64,000 bases of DNA from a virus (lineage: Duplodnaviria > Heunggongvirae > Uroviricota > Caudoviricetes), in IMG/VR virus record IMGVR_UViG_2648501802_000002; one strand, written 5' to 3'. Made by a program: the position numbers and the translations under genes. Within the stretch, counting starts at the first letter, position 1; the number at the start of each line of letters is the position of its first letter. This document shows positions 9,252 through 20,700 of the stretch, one piece after another. The notes beneath the pieces are model-generated. The model had not been told where the DNA came from. It saw only the letters and a program-made list of their open reading frames with translations, and searched no databases.

Positions 9252-9686
9252 TTATGCTATAGTCGTGTTGATGGCCATAACTGCGGTATATGTTTTTCCC
9301 ACATACAGCGAGTCTTCCTGAACACAAATAATTGCGATGGGCTTATTCTCGTTATCCAGAACAACCAGAGTGTTGAATGGATAGTTTTTCCCTTCCTGCA
9401 ACTGGCTTTGATCAAGGTCCATTCGGACAGTAATTATCCCGCCAGAGTAGGTTGGGACGAGGTTGATGGTGCAAAATTGACTGGTCAGTTCTGCCAACTC
9501 GAAAGTCTTTGGCAGTTCTCCAATGTCATAAGTACCATCTTCATTTTTGGTAACCAGCGAACTGGTGCCGAAAACGGCCTTGCTGATTAAAAATCGAGAG
9601 CCTTTGTTAATGGACGATTCAGCGCGTCGCTGATAGTAATAATCCAACAACTGACTCTTATAGAGATTTGTTGAGACGTCAGACAT
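9252..9686 (-). CDS. Tail/baseplate-associated protein (P1 R-like position)
   Basis: ORF track 144 aa; directly upstream of the tail fibre gene in the same operon. Confidence 0.45.
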   Translation of the reverse strand: MSDVSTNLYKSQLLDYYYQRRAESSINKGSRFLISKAVFGTSSLVTKNEDGTYDIGELPKTFELAELTSQFCTINLVPTYSGGIITVRMDLDQSQLQEGKNYPFNTLVVLDNENKPIAIICVQEDSLYVGKTYTAVMAINTTIA

Positions 9687-9764
9687 GATTTTCCCTAATC
9701 AATGTTGTGAAGCCTCATTGTAAGAGAAGTAACTTGTCACCCCGCCCTGCGGACGGGGTAATTG

Positions 9765-10604
9765 TCAGGCATCGCTATCCAGCAGCAAATCATCTGCGCG
9801 GGAGCGATCAAACGTAGGCGTTGCTTTCACAATAGTGCCGCCCGGCGTTGCAGTGATCGGGGCACTAATCGACGTAACTCCGGCAAGCGAAGTTGTATCC
9901 GAAGTTTCAAACCAGCAGTACGCTTTTTCGGTATCAGAAATCTCGTTCAAAGTGATCATGTCGGCCTGTTCATTTACAACAACCGACAAATAGAGCGTAA
10001 GCCCATCAAACACTATATGCAGTGGCAGTAGAGGCTTTACGAACTGATTAAACTTTCTGAGAATTTCTTCTGTAATTGCGGACTGATCTATCGTGCCAGT
10101 AATACCCATTGTCCTGGCCAGGTCGTTTATGGGAATACTGATCATCCCTCTGGAAGTCAGAAACATCTCGCCGAATGTGCCGCCAGTAGTCTCCAGTGTG
10201 CTTTCTGGTATTAGAACTGTGCCATAGGGATGACGCTCAAGGTCCACCGGTGCATATATCGGATCCCATAAAACAGAAATACCGTTAAATTCGCGGTAAA
10301 TTGTCTGGTTTATAGGACGTTCAGTTCCCTTAAAGTGGATCTCATCAAGCCGCTGTTGTAACAACATCGGAACGGAAGATGAGTTCGAGGTTCTGATAGT
10401 AAAGAACTGGCCAAGTTCATTTGTCCTGGTCTCCAGATCCTCCTTGCTCATGGAGAAAATAGACTTCCGGTTGGTAATTCGCTCCAACCATGGGTCAACA
10501 AAGGTGTCCATCATTGACTGAACCAAATCAGCCAATGATTTATAGAGCAATGACTTTTGCTTAGCTGATGTAAGCCGGTTATTAAACCAGGAACGCTGCA
10601 TCAC
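9765..10604 (-). CDS. Tail/baseplate protein
   Basis: ORF track 279 aa; operon context with overlapping stop/start. Confidence 0.45.
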   Translation of the reverse strand: MMQRSWFNNRLTSAKQKSLLYKSLADLVQSMMDTFVDPWLERITNRKSIFSMSKEDLETRTNELGQFFTIRTSNSSSVPMLLQQRLDEIHFKGTERPINQTIYREFNGISVLWDPIYAPVDLERHPYGTVLIPESTLETTGGTFGEMFLTSRGMISIPINDLARTMGITGTIDQSAITEEILRKFNQFVKPLLPLHIVFDGLTLYLSVVVNEQADMITLNEISDTEKAYCWFETSDTTSLAGVTSISAPITATPGGTIVKATPTFDRSRADDLLLDSDA

Positions 10605-12034
10605 TCCTCCTCATACGAAATATTAAAGGTGGAGCTTTCTGTATCCAGATAAACGAAATCGTAAAAGCCGTTGGACTCATTCCACTCGACAAATTCCAGA
10701 TAAAAGTCGCGGAAATAACCCAGCGTTTCGATAAACGCCCAAACGTCTTTTTTCTTAATCAGGATGTACTTTCCGACGCGGTTCGGATCAAAGAAAGTTG
10801 AGTCGCGCCCAAATTTTGTTTCCAGTGCCGACTTCAGCTCATCGGTCACATTCTCAATGGTCAGGCTTGCCGATATCCGTCCGGTGATGGTTATCTTAAA
10901 TGGTAGTTTTCTGACCTCTTTATAAGAGAATTTCTTGTTCAGTTCATTCGGTACCTTCTTAAAGGCAGTCAGGATCATTTCTTCAAGCTCTGACTGGCTT
11001 TTATTTGGATGCCATCCTGAAATAAATATCTTATTGATATTCTGAACATTATAAGCACCATCTAATTTCTCTTGCTGGCCTTCGCCCCATGCCTTTACCC
11101 AGGACAGCCCCGGGATGTTACGAACCAGAAAATACGTATAGTCCCCGCCCCATACGACCTGATCATCATAGGCAAGGTAATATTGTGCACGGTTACGTGT
11201 GATCTCCGTTGTTTCAGCATCGGTACCTGCGGTTATAGGTGTCGTTGTCTTAACTGAAATCAAATTAGCTAAATCAGCCGCAGAATCGACAGGCGTCAGG
11301 TTTTGGCCAGCAACCAGGGTTATATCGCCGTTGGTGCACCATACCTTAAGCGTAATTGTCGAACCTTCTGGCGGTATTTGCCCAATTAGCCCATCGCCGA
11401 ATCGAACCCCCAACTGCTCGGATGGTTTATAAAACTCAACGTAGACCTGGCTTTTACTACCGGCTAACCGGAACATAGTGCTGGAAGACCACTGCGTGGT
11501 CTTCCCATCGGTTGTCACGAATACTTCCAGCTTATAGCAGACAGCAGTAAGAGCCTTTGATAACACGACTTCCAGAAATTCTTTGGCTGCCGTAACGGTA
11601 TATGTCACCTCCTGGATTTCCAACTGTGCCACTTCTACCGTACCGGTGCCGTCAACCAACCTGCATACATCCATAGTCATGTAAGGGTACTGGTCGTCAG
11701 ATATTAAAGGCATGTTTTTGGGGATTACCGCTGGGGCATCTTCACTTGTGGCGGTGATCTCAATCATCCCCGATGACGGTGTTGGCTTGGTACCAACATA
11801 ACTGTTCGTTTCTGCCGCAGCCAGGATAGAGGAACGCCGCGTCGCGGTCGATATAAAGCCTTCAGCCAGCGCCGCATCGGCATACTGAAAGCACCTGTAG
11901 ACAATCTGGGTAATAAACAATGTCAGCATCGAGACAAATTGAGAGCCGACAAACTTCGACCAGAATGAATCTTTCTCGACAAGCTCTTCAAACTCTGCAC
12001 GAATACTGTCTTTAGTCGGTGTTGTTTTACTCAT
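10601..12034 (-). CDS. Baseplate protein (J/gp47-like; P1 BplA-like position)
   Basis: ORF track 477 aa; size and position within a myovirus-type baseplate cluster. Confidence 0.45.
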   Translation of the reverse strand: MSKTTPTKDSIRAEFEELVEKDSFWSKFVGSQFVSMLTLFITQIVYRCFQYADAALAEGFISTATRRSSILAAAETNSYVGTKPTPSSGMIEITATSEDAPAVIPKNMPLISDDQYPYMTMDVCRLVDGTGTVEVAQLEIQEVTYTVTAAKEFLEVVLSKALTAVCYKLEVFVTTDGKTTQWSSSTMFRLAGSKSQVYVEFYKPSEQLGVRFGDGLIGQIPPEGSTITLKVWCTNGDITLVAGQNLTPVDSAADLANLISVKTTTPITAGTDAETTEITRNRAQYYLAYDDQVVWGGDYTYFLVRNIPGLSWVKAWGEGQQEKLDGAYNVQNINKIFISGWHPNKSQSELEEMILTAFKKVPNELNKKFSYKEVRKLPFKITITGRISASLTIENVTDELKSALETKFGRDSTFFDPNRVGKYILIKKKDVWAFIETLGYFRDFYLEFVEWNESNGFYDFVYLDTESSTFNISYEEE

Positions 12035-12390
12035 AGCACCACGTCCTGTGTGATAGTTATATCCCTGATACGAATGGATATTTTCAACTTATCAAAAGCA
12101 TCTCCCTCGGCTACTGACAAGCCAGAAATCGGTATGTCAGGTAAATCTACCGTCAGTTTTTGCAACAGCATTGCCTCAACCGCAATTTGAACATGCGACA
12201 AGTTGGTCGGTTCGTGTTTAAACTGCGGTAAAACATTGCCCCATGACGGATCTCCGTATACCTCACCCTGATAAGTGTTTAGCCACTCATATAAACGAGC
12301 GCCCCAGGCCTCCTCCTGGGACTCATACGTTTTTACGCCGGATAACTCCAGCGTCAGCAAAGGATCAATTTCGTTATTGTTGGCCATCAA
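12031..12390 (-). CDS. Small baseplate assembly protein (gp25/W-like position)
   Basis: ORF track 119 aa; translationally coupled to its neighbours. Confidence 0.4.
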   Translation of the reverse strand: MMANNNEIDPLLTLELSGVKTYESQEEAWGARLYEWLNTYQGEVYGDPSWGNVLPQFKHEPTNLSHVQIAVEAMLLQKLTVDLPDIPISGLSVAEGDAFDKLKISIRIRDITITQDVVL

Positions 12391-15300
12391 TCAACTCTCG
12401 CGTAGTCATTCATCAACGGATCATCAATTGACAGTGGCACCGTGCGCATAACGCCCGGTTGAGGCGTGCTGACCTTTACGACAGTTCCCTGGCCTTTCGC
12501 CGAGTCTTTAGTGTGCTCTTCAATCCTGGCAAGCAATGAGGTCATCTGCGCAAACAGCCGCTTCGTTTCACCATCAAGTGAAACGGTATTATCAGCCAAC
12601 TGCATTGTCGGCTTGGCACCAGAGCCGCCAAGGTCACTAATAACCTGTCCGTCTATCTGCATACGACCGGTTGGTTGCTGCAAATCGTTGGCGGCAGTCG
12701 TCACCTGGGACGTGGAGGCTGGTTGAGGAGAGTTATTTGAGCGCATTCCCCGGGCATTAATGAGTTTGTCATACAGCCCATCAATCCCCATTTGTGCACC
12801 GAGTTGGTCAAAGTAACTTGAGTTGTTTGCTACCGGACGTGCCTCTTCAACTGGCATAGGTGTATCAACATACACATTGCCAGCAGCCGTTGCGGTTCCC
12901 CTTCCTCGTGCACGTTCTTCGAGGGTTCCCTGAACGACTTCCCGACGCATCCCCCGACCATTCATGAATTTGTTGACCAGATCGTTAACGCCAACAGCAT
13001 TACCGATTTTGTCTACCAAACCGCCTTTCTCAAACGGGCTATCACCAGGGGTAAACGCCAGACCAGTAGACTGATCGATAACGGCGTTATCAGGCAGTGG
13101 TCCCCTCACTCCATATTGCGCCCCACCCTGTGCTCCTGCTCCAGGTGTATAGATTTCACCACCTAAATAGCGAGCACGATGAGTATTGACCTTGATCGCG
13201 TACTCACGGTTTTCTTTCGATAAGTCACCTGTGCCTTTTTTCCACTTATTGATAGTGCCAAACCCAGCATTATATGCAGTGATGGCCTCGTTTAAGTCTC
13301 CATTGGCTTGCTTCAGATACTTGCTCATGAGAAGAGCCGCAGCTTCTGCCGATTTCACAGGATCAAATGCATCCTGTTCCGATATCCCTGTCTCTTTACG
13401 AGCAATACTCGTGAACTGGAACATCCCGAGTGCGCCACCACTTAACTTTCCATCTGGTGATCTTGTAAGCGGAGACTTTGCGTTAGGATCCCCTCCTGAT
13501 TCAGTTGCCGCAATCGAGTAAAGAGTGCCTTCAGGAAGGCCATATTTATTCTCTAGTTCAGCAAAATACGGAGCCAGCTTATCCAGATTTGCCTTACCTT
13601 CAGCGCCAAGGCTTCCGACTTTTACATCTAAGTTGCCATTGTTGTAGGTATCCGCAGCTTTCTGAATGTCATTCCTAGTGCCAGTAGTATTAAGCGACGA
13701 TGATGATGAGCTATTTTGACCAATAGCATTATCAATTTTCTGCAACGCTCGATTGCCCGTTTCTACGGCATTTGCATTGATAATCTGATTGGCAGTTTCT
13801 TTAACTGTTTTATTGCTATCTTTCGCCGTCTCTAGGGATGCATTTACAACACGAGTGACAATATTAGCCTTTTTAGGGGTATATTCAGTCTTAGGAGCAT
13901 TGTCCTCCTGACTTTCTTTAGCTGGTGTTTTTAATTCAGGTGTAACCTCTTTCGCATCCGCTTTGTTGACTAGCTTTGATGCAACCCAGGCCACAGGGGT
14001 GCTCTGAACAGCGGCATCGGCAACCTTACCAGGAAGCTCTTTTGCGGCATTCCATAGATTACTACCAGCCTCTTTAATGTATTTTCCCGGGTTCTTAATG
14101 AAATCAATTGCACTATCAATTGCATCACTGAAAACCTTTTTCAGGTTATCGACAGTAAAGAAGTCTTTGATGGCGTCTAATTTTTCGTTCAGACTCTTGG
14201 TTGTGTCACTGAACCAGGCTGAAATAGCATCGCCAATCTTGGCTGTGTAATCGTTGAATGTTGTGGATATGGTGTCACCAAGGTTAGAAATATATGTTTC
14301 TAAATTGGTAATCCCACTATCAATGGCCTGGGCAATACTTTCCGTCGAAAATGATTGCAACATATTGCCGATATCCTCAAATCCAAGTGATTTGAGAACG
14401 CCACCAATGGCATTGCTAATACCAGATACCAGTCCTCCCATATCGAGAACGTTAGCCAGTGTATAAGCCGCTTTTTGCTGAAAAGATGGATCTTCCCCAT
14501 CCTTAAGCCCAAAGGTCCGACGTTGTGCTTCTGTATCATTCCAACCGGTTACCGCATCATAGATACCTCCAGCCACCGTGCCGACTAGCGGAATTGCGCG
14601 TAAAGCCCCCTTTGCAAAAGCCTTAACACCTAGTTTCTCCAATCCCTTAGTTGCAAGTTTTCCGGCACCGCGAGTAGCCAATTCGCCAGCTTCTTTGGCA
14701 GCAGCTTTTTTCCCACCAAAGCCCAATAAGCTTGCAACTTTTTTTATACCTAAAGCGCCTAGTGCCATCGAGCCAACTTTCTTTAGTGCCCCACGGCAAA
14801 AAATAAGGGAAGCAATACCACCGGCCCCCTTCCCTAACAGGCTAAATAATTTGGACAGCAAGCCGCCCTTCTTTTTCCCGGTGTTTTTGGCTATCTGATC
14901 AAGGGCGCTGAGAATCTTGTCATTGCCCTCTTTAATTTCGCTGGTCTGATCCTGAAGTTCCTGAACCGTCCGTTTTTGGGTGTTAACCTGAACGACATCG
15001 GCACTACTTTGCGATTTACGCCTAAAAAAACCTTTTCTACGGCTGTTATCGTCATTGCCACGAATCACATCGGCAATTGACTTTCTGGCACCATTAAGCG
15101 AACCGCCAACTTCTTTTGATATTCCGCCAAGCTCCTTTCCTGCTGCCCACAATGGACCAGCAACGGCATAACCTAAAGCATCGACGGCACGAGTCTCTGA
15201 AGGGTTACCTATGCCTTCAGCTACTTTTGACAGTTTTTTTAATAAACCCGATTCAGCATTTAGACGCTCATCATCCTCTTTGCGCCTAGCTTTTTCAGCA

Positions 15301-15815
15301 CGTTCAGCACGGGCATCTTCCGCTGCGGCCTTACTCCCTGACTTCCCAATAAAACGACCACGCGCATCGCGTTGGTTTTGGCTTTTTTGCGCACCGCCTT
15401 TTTGACCGAACATTTCGCGAGCGTGTTCGGCTGCTTCGGTCCGTTGTGCCTTTACATCCTCTGGTATAGCCTTCCTGCGTCGTTTTTTACCCTTTGGTGT
15501 GGTTGATTTGGCCCGCTGTTCCTGTTGAGCAACATCTTCCTGAACTACACGAGAAACGTCCCCTAAGTTAAGCCGTTTCATTGCCTCAACAATAGGGTCC
15601 ACTGATGGCGCATTGGCCACAAAGTCTGGCCGTGAATTTTCGATTGTGCGATTTAATGCCGACACACTGCGAGAGACAGGATCAACAGTTGCAACGCGCC
15701 CCCCTTTCAAATCTTCAACAGCTTCCCGGATACCTGCAAGCTCTTCCAGCTCTTTTGCGCTGGCGGTTTCAACTGTCCTTATAACATCGTCAATGTTGGC
15801 GTTTTTTCGTTCCAT
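12387..15815 (-). CDS. Large tail/injection protein with lytic transglycosylase (SLT) domain; P1 Sit-like
   Basis: ORF track 1142 aa; SLT motif YSIAATESGGDPNAKS...GALGMFQFTS...AYNAGFG; Gly/Ala/Lys-rich extended regions. Size matches P1 Sit (about 1140 aa) from memory. Confidence 0.7.
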   Translation of the reverse strand: MERKNANIDDVIRTVETASAKELEELAGIREAVEDLKGGRVATVDPVSRSVSALNRTIENSRPDFVANAPSVDPIVEAMKRLNLGDVSRVVQEDVAQQEQRAKSTTPKGKKRRRKAIPEDVKAQRTEAAEHAREMFGQKGGAQKSQNQRDARGRFIGKSGSKAAAEDARAERAEKARRKEDDERLNAESGLLKKLSKVAEGIGNPSETRAVDALGYAVAGPLWAAGKELGGISKEVGGSLNGARKSIADVIRGNDDNSRRKGFFRRKSQSSADVVQVNTQKRTVQELQDQTSEIKEGNDKILSALDQIAKNTGKKKGGLLSKLFSLLGKGAGGIASLIFCRGALKKVGSMALGALGIKKVASLLGFGGKKAAAKEAGELATRGAGKLATKGLEKLGVKAFAKGALRAIPLVGTVAGGIYDAVTGWNDTEAQRRTFGLKDGEDPSFQQKAAYTLANVLDMGGLVSGISNAIGGVLKSLGFEDIGNMLQSFSTESIAQAIDSGITNLETYISNLGDTISTTFNDYTAKIGDAISAWFSDTTKSLNEKLDAIKDFFTVDNLKKVFSDAIDSAIDFIKNPGKYIKEAGSNLWNAAKELPGKVADAAVQSTPVAWVASKLVNKADAKEVTPELKTPAKESQEDNAPKTEYTPKKANIVTRVVNASLETAKDSNKTVKETANQIINANAVETGNRALQKIDNAIGQNSSSSSSLNTTGTRNDIQKAADTYNNGNLDVKVGSLGAEGKANLDKLAPYFAELENKYGLPEGTLYSIAATESGGDPNAKSPLTRSPDGKLSGGALGMFQFTSIARKETGISEQDAFDPVKSAEAAALLMSKYLKQANGDLNEAITAYNAGFGTINKWKKGTGDLSKENREYAIKVNTHRARYLGGEIYTPGAGAQGGAQYGVRGPLPDNAVIDQSTGLAFTPGDSPFEKGGLVDKIGNAVGVNDLVNKFMNGRGMRREVVQGTLEERARGRGTATAAGNVYVDTPMPVEEARPVANNSSYFDQLGAQMGIDGLYDKLINARGMRSNNSPQPASTSQVTTAANDLQQPTGRMQIDGQVISDLGGSGAKPTMQLADNTVSLDGETKRLFAQMTSLLARIEEHTKDSAKGQGTVVKVSTPQPGVMRTVPLSIDDPLMNDYARVD

Positions 15816-15896
15816 GATCTTATCGCCTACCGTTTCGGTTTAAGTTTTTCTTCCAGTTTCTCCAACAGGAAAAACGCATAGGATTCAGTAAGCCTT

Positions 15897-16637
15897 TCAG
15901 CGTCCTGAATCGGTATACCCCCATACAAAACCAGGTTGGACACTAAGGTCTGATAGCTTTTCAATCCCCACCTGTGGAATGAAGTCGGTAGCCCGAAAGG
16001 GCACCCACAGACGGGTATATGCACCCTCTGTGGACTCCTTTTTATCCTGATTTGGGCATTTATGCGGCGGGAGACGAAGACGCATTTCACCTTTATCGAT
16101 GTAGCACGGCAAACCATGTTCGAGCTTTTCATGAGCCAGTCGGATGTGTGCCGCCAGCTTCATAAATTCAGTATCAATGGCCATCCGTTTAATCGTTTCA
16201 TAACGACGCTCAGCCTGATCTTCACGAGTACCGCTAACATCGTTATAAAGCTCACACTGATAAGCGAATTCCCAAAAACGCAAATCAACGATCGCTTCTT
16301 TGAATTCCGCGTCGTCTTCAGGTGGCAATGCTGCACGGCGCATCTCCAGCATTTCCATTGCCCAACCATCAAGCGGCACGATACGCCATTGATAAGGCAC
16401 TCCCTCTACAGACACCTCAATATCGTCAATGAACGGTTCCGCTTCCAGGACCTGGATATCTTCAGCCAGGGCATTCATATCGCAATCGTAATAATGCTCT
16501 TTACCGCAATGTTTACAGGTGTAGGTGAATGTCTCGACCGGTGTTTCACGGGAGCCGGTAAATATCCACCATAACGCGGTAATCCGGTCCTGCGCCGTCC
16601 ATGTCAGGGGATCATGTTTCGCGGGTTCAGCCAGCAA
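15897..16637 (-). CDS. Hypothetical protein with Cys-rich zinc-ribbon-like motif
   Basis: ORF track 246 aa (TYTCKHCGKEHYYDCD); first gene of the non-lambdoid block, just past the truncated stf. Confidence 0.5.
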   Translation of the reverse strand: MLAEPAKHDPLTWTAQDRITALWWIFTGSRETPVETFTYTCKHCGKEHYYDCDMNALAEDIQVLEAEPFIDDIEVSVEGVPYQWRIVPLDGWAMEMLEMRRAALPPEDDAEFKEAIVDLRFWEFAYQCELYNDVSGTREDQAERRYETIKRMAIDTEFMKLAAHIRLAHEKLEHGLPCYIDKGEMRLRLPPHKCPNQDKKESTEGAYTRLWVPFRATDFIPQVGIEKLSDLSVQPGFVWGYTDSGR

Positions 16638-16642
16638 GGCTT

Positions 16643-17123
16643 TTAAATACGCGCTGCCGCCTGTGCGCTGTTAGCTGCATTCGTTTCTGAGGTTTTCGCC
16701 GCGTTCTTTCGATGATGCCGCTGCAGTTTCGGATTTCTTTGCCGCCGCTGCGCTCTGAGAGGCGGCTTCAGCGTTGCGTGCCGCTTCTTCCACCATTTCC
16801 TCAAAACGACGCAATGCCTCCGGCATGACATCATCTTCCGTCATGGCACCGAGAAAATCATTCAGCGTACCTGGTCTGGAACCTTCATAGACGGTAATGG
16901 TCCCGGCATGTGAAGGCGGAAAACCTTCAACCAGCAGGGTGACGCTGTACTGACCATACTCAACATCCATGCTGTAACGCCCGGCTTCATCCGGATTTTC
17001 AGAGGCCACCGTGTTCACCAGTACCGTGGTGCTGTTACGCTTTGCCTTCAGTTGAATAGTGCAGTTCTGTATTGGTTTTCCCGCACCATCTTTCAGCACA
17101 CCTGAGATTTTTACTGCTGCCAT
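16643..17123 (-). pseudogene. stf: Truncated/frameshifted 5' fragment of lambda-type side tail fibre gene stf
   Basis: MAAVKISGVLKDGAGKPIQNCTIQLKAKRNSTTVLVNTV...GRYSMDVEYGQYSV matches the lambda Stf N-terminus as I recall it. The frame ends after about 150 aa, and an overlapping frame (16643..16834) carries further Stf-like AAKTSETNAA text; no fibre shaft or C-terminus follows. Confidence 0.6.
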
Positions 17124-17186
17124 ATCCACTCCACAAAAAAGCCGCCTGAACCGGCGGGCTGTCATAACACTGTGTTACCTGGCTAA

Positions 17187-17782
17187 TCAGAACTTATAAC
17201 CGACACCACCGATGAAACCGTCAGTGCGCCAGTCGCCACTGCCGGAGCCTTCATAAGCAATATCAATGGCCACGGATTCGGTCGGGTTAAACTGCACGCC
17301 AGCTCCCCACGCCAGAGACGTGTTGCTGTGGCGATCGTCATCACTTCCGGTCAGCACATCGTGCGTTTTCCCCTTGTTGTCAGTTACGCGGAGATAATCC
17401 CCGGAGAACGTCGAAACACGGCTGTAAGCCACACCTGCCATCGCATAAGCACTGAACCATTCATTCACGCGTACAGATGGCCCCGCCATCATGCTGAACC
17501 AGCGGTTACGCACTGAATCTTCATGCCAGCGGGTATCGCTGTAATGCGTTTTTTGCTCATCTTTGGCATTGGCATAACTGAATGACGTCACCAGCCCCAG
17601 CGTGTCCGTAAATTCATAACGGTATTTCACGTTAATGCCCTTCAGGTCATCACTGCCTGGCATATCAGTATGGGCCCTGAAGATACCCGGCGCTTAGTGT
17701 GGACTGATGCTCTGCTGCGCTCGCTGGCGTACCAGCGGCAACCAGCCAGACTACTGCGGACAGAATAACAGCACATAATTTA
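17187..17782 (-). pseudogene. lom: Lom/Ail-family outer-membrane protein gene with a frameshift between signal peptide and mature part
   Basis: Mature part (ORF track 17187..17663: GSDDLKGINVKYRYEFTDTLGLVTSFSY...GVGYKF) is Lom-like. The signal peptide MRKLCAVILSAVVWLVAAGTPASAAEHQSTLSAGYL is in another frame starting near 17782 and stops at about 17670. Confidence 0.6.
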
Positions 17783-17789
17783 CGCATAA

Positions 17790-20700
17790 TTACCTCTCGC
17801 TTTTCTGCAATAAAAAAGGCGTCATTTCTGACGCCCGTATTGGGGTTATAAAATTCAGCTGATACTGATGCCTGCGGTGGCTTTCTTCATCACCACAACC
17901 AGCAAATCGCTGATACTTGCTGTGGGATACCAGCCATTTACCCACCATGCTGATACCGAAAACTCCAGTGTCATTACCACTGCCTGCAGGCATATCAATA
18001 ACACCCGTGTATATCAGAGTATTATCCAGAGCCGTTCGGTTATAAATTTCAGCCCCCGTTTTTTCTCCTATCAGACGGCATGACGAATAAGTATCGCTAT
18101 TTCTCCGTTCATCGTCTGGCACCGCTGAAAGCCACCGCCGGATAACAATTTGCCGGTCAAACGGCTGATCGTCATAAACCCTGACGGTAATGGTCCCTGA
18201 TGGCCACCGTTCCGGTGCACGGGAGTCACGGGGGAAAGCTTTGCCCACTGTTTTAACGAGATCGCCTTCAATCTGGTTCGCGGACAGTTTTCCCAGAACC
18301 CGGCAGTTCTCGTTAATCGTGACGTTGTTGAGCGTCCCGGAGTTCGCATTCACGTTACCGCTGATATCGGCATTTTTTGCCGTCAGCCGCCCGTCCGGTG
18401 TCAGGGAAAATGCCGGAGGATTACCGCCGCTGGTAATGGTGGGAGCCGTCAGATATTTCAGGAACACTTCATTCATAAATATCTGATCGCCCTGACCAAC
18501 AAACATCGGCTTTGTGTTGCCATTCGCAGGATTAATCATCGCAATCCTGTCCGCCGCCAGCAGCACCTGACTCTGCATACCGTCAGGGGTATTCTCAATA
18601 CCGGCACCAATACCCGCGATATAAAGGCGTCCGTCCTGCATCTGCTGCAGCTTCACAGCCCACATGCTGTTCAGGTTATTATTTGTATCAACCTGAACCT
18701 TCTGTATCTGCTGAATTGCCGCACTCTGGTCTTCCAGTTTCTTATTGACGGTCTGCGTGATTTCATTGCTGACATCCGTAATGGACGTCCTGATTTCAGC
18801 CAGGTCAGGCGCAAGCTGACCGTTATCAATCTGCGTCCACAGCTCCTGAGCCAGATGGCTTTTCCCTATCTCTCCTTTGAAAAAATCCAGATAGCCGGAT
18901 GCATCATCACTCGGCTGGCCAACAGCCTCCACAAATGCCGATTTGCCAACGGTGTTCACACTGCGGATGTAAAAATAATAATCATGGCCCGGTTTGATAT
19001 TGATACTGGCGGCTATCCAGTACAGCGCCGTGCCAAGATAGCGGGCTGTGGTTTCAACCTGCCTGATATCGGTAATCCGCTTTTCCGAGAACCAGAACTC
19101 AAACTGTACCGTCGGGTCATAAATGGCAAGATGCGGCGTGGCGGTTATCTGAAAATAGCCCGGCGTCAGCTCAATCCTCGACGGTGCTGCCGGTGCGGCA
19201 ATCCGGAACGATACCGACGCCGCATCGCCCTGCTGCCCCCACGCATTTACCGCCCGGACTGTCAGCCTGTAGTTCCCCAGCGCCAGTTGCGTGAAGCGGT
19301 ATGTGGTTTCCGTCGTCCGGGCCGTGCTGACCAGCCGCTCACTGCCGTCGTCCGCTGTTACGGTCAGACGGAGCAGGAAGCTCACGCCCTTCACCACCTT
19401 CGGTGTGTCCCATCGCGCCAGCACCTGATATTCCCCGCTGTCTGCAGTGACTTCTGCGGTCAGGTGCTGCACCGCTGGCGGCGTGACACCATTCACCGTG
19501 CCACTCTGTTCGCCGTCAAAGTGCGCCCCGTTATCCACGATGGCCTCTTTTTCCGGCACATGCTGCACGGCGGTGATGGCATACGTGCCGTCGTCGTTCT
19601 CACGGATACTCACGCAGCGGAACAGGCGCTGGCGCAGCGTCGGCAGCTTCAGCCCCCATACGCTGTATTCAGCAACACCCTCAGGAACACGGCTCACTTT
19701 TACCTTCACGCCGTCGTTGACGGACTGAACCTCCACGCTGACCGGATTGCCACTTCCGTCAACCAGGCTTATCAGCGTGGTACCGGAGGATGGCAGCGTG
19801 ATTTCACGGTCGAGCGTCAGCGTCCGGGTCTGGCTGTTCACCGCCAGCACACGACCACCGGTGCTGATACCGGCATAGTCATCATCGCAGATTTCAATAA
19901 CATCGCCCGGTACATGGCGAAGCCCTTCTGCGCCGACGCTGAAATCCACGGTCTGCGTCTCCAGCAGCTCCGTTTTAATCAGCCACAGCCCGGCGCGGTG
20001 TGCCTGCCCCCGGCTGGTACAGCCAAAGGCATCCATCTTCGTAACATTACGACCGTAACGGGCAATGGCCTGCGTATCTTCAACAAGCTCTGTCGCCGTC
20101 TCCCAGCCGTTGTCCGGGTCAATCCAGTTCACCTCAACGGCATTATGGCGGTCTTTCAGGGCGCTGAAGCTGTAGCGGAACGGCGCGCCATCATCCGGCA
20201 TCACCACATTACTGCGGTTATAGGTCCACGCCTTATCCGACGGTCGGTCCTGCACGAACGTCAGCGTCTGCCCGTTCCATACCGGCATACAGCGCATCGC
20301 CGAGCAGAAATCACTGAGAACGTCCCACGCCTTGCGCTGTGTGGTCAGGTACGCATTACAGGTGATGCGCGGCTCCGTGCCGCCAAAGCCGTCCGGCACT
20401 GACTGGTCGCAGTACTGGCCGATGACATACAGCGCCCATTTGTCCACATCCGCCGCACCAAGACGTTTCCCCATGCCGTAGCGCGGATGGGTCAGCATAT
20501 CCCACAGACACCAGGCCATGTTGTTGCTGTATGCTGGCTTAAACGTTCCGTCCCAGATACCGCTGTATTGTCGCGTCTGCGGGTTATAGTTCGACGGCAC
20601 CTGCAGAATGCGCCCGCGAAGATGATAATTACGACTCACCTGCTGGCTGCCGAACTGCTCCGAGTCCACCTGTACGCCGACCAGTGCCGTGTTCGGGTAG

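Larger units (their letters stand above)
1..16640. mobile_element. Non-lambdoid phage block resembling P1 (tail fibre/Tfa, R-16-bplA-pmgA-sit order, dar-like operon), with inserted accessory DNA
   Basis: Gene sizes and order (1142-aa SLT protein, baseplate set, S/U-type fibre, 639-aa protein plus its 203-aa fragment homolog) fit P1 from memory; junction with the lambdoid block lies inside a truncated stf. Confidence 0.4.

Noticed and set aside
17805-17840. Hairpin plus T-run at the 3' end of J as a terminator before lom
   Set aside because: The structure overlaps the last about 8 codons of J, so termination there would truncate J mRNA before its stop codon; left unannotated.
18855-20402. 515-aa plus-strand ORF inside the J gene
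   Set aside because: Antisense to a confidently called structural gene; Arg/His/Cys-rich shadow-frame composition; no ribosome-binding site context.
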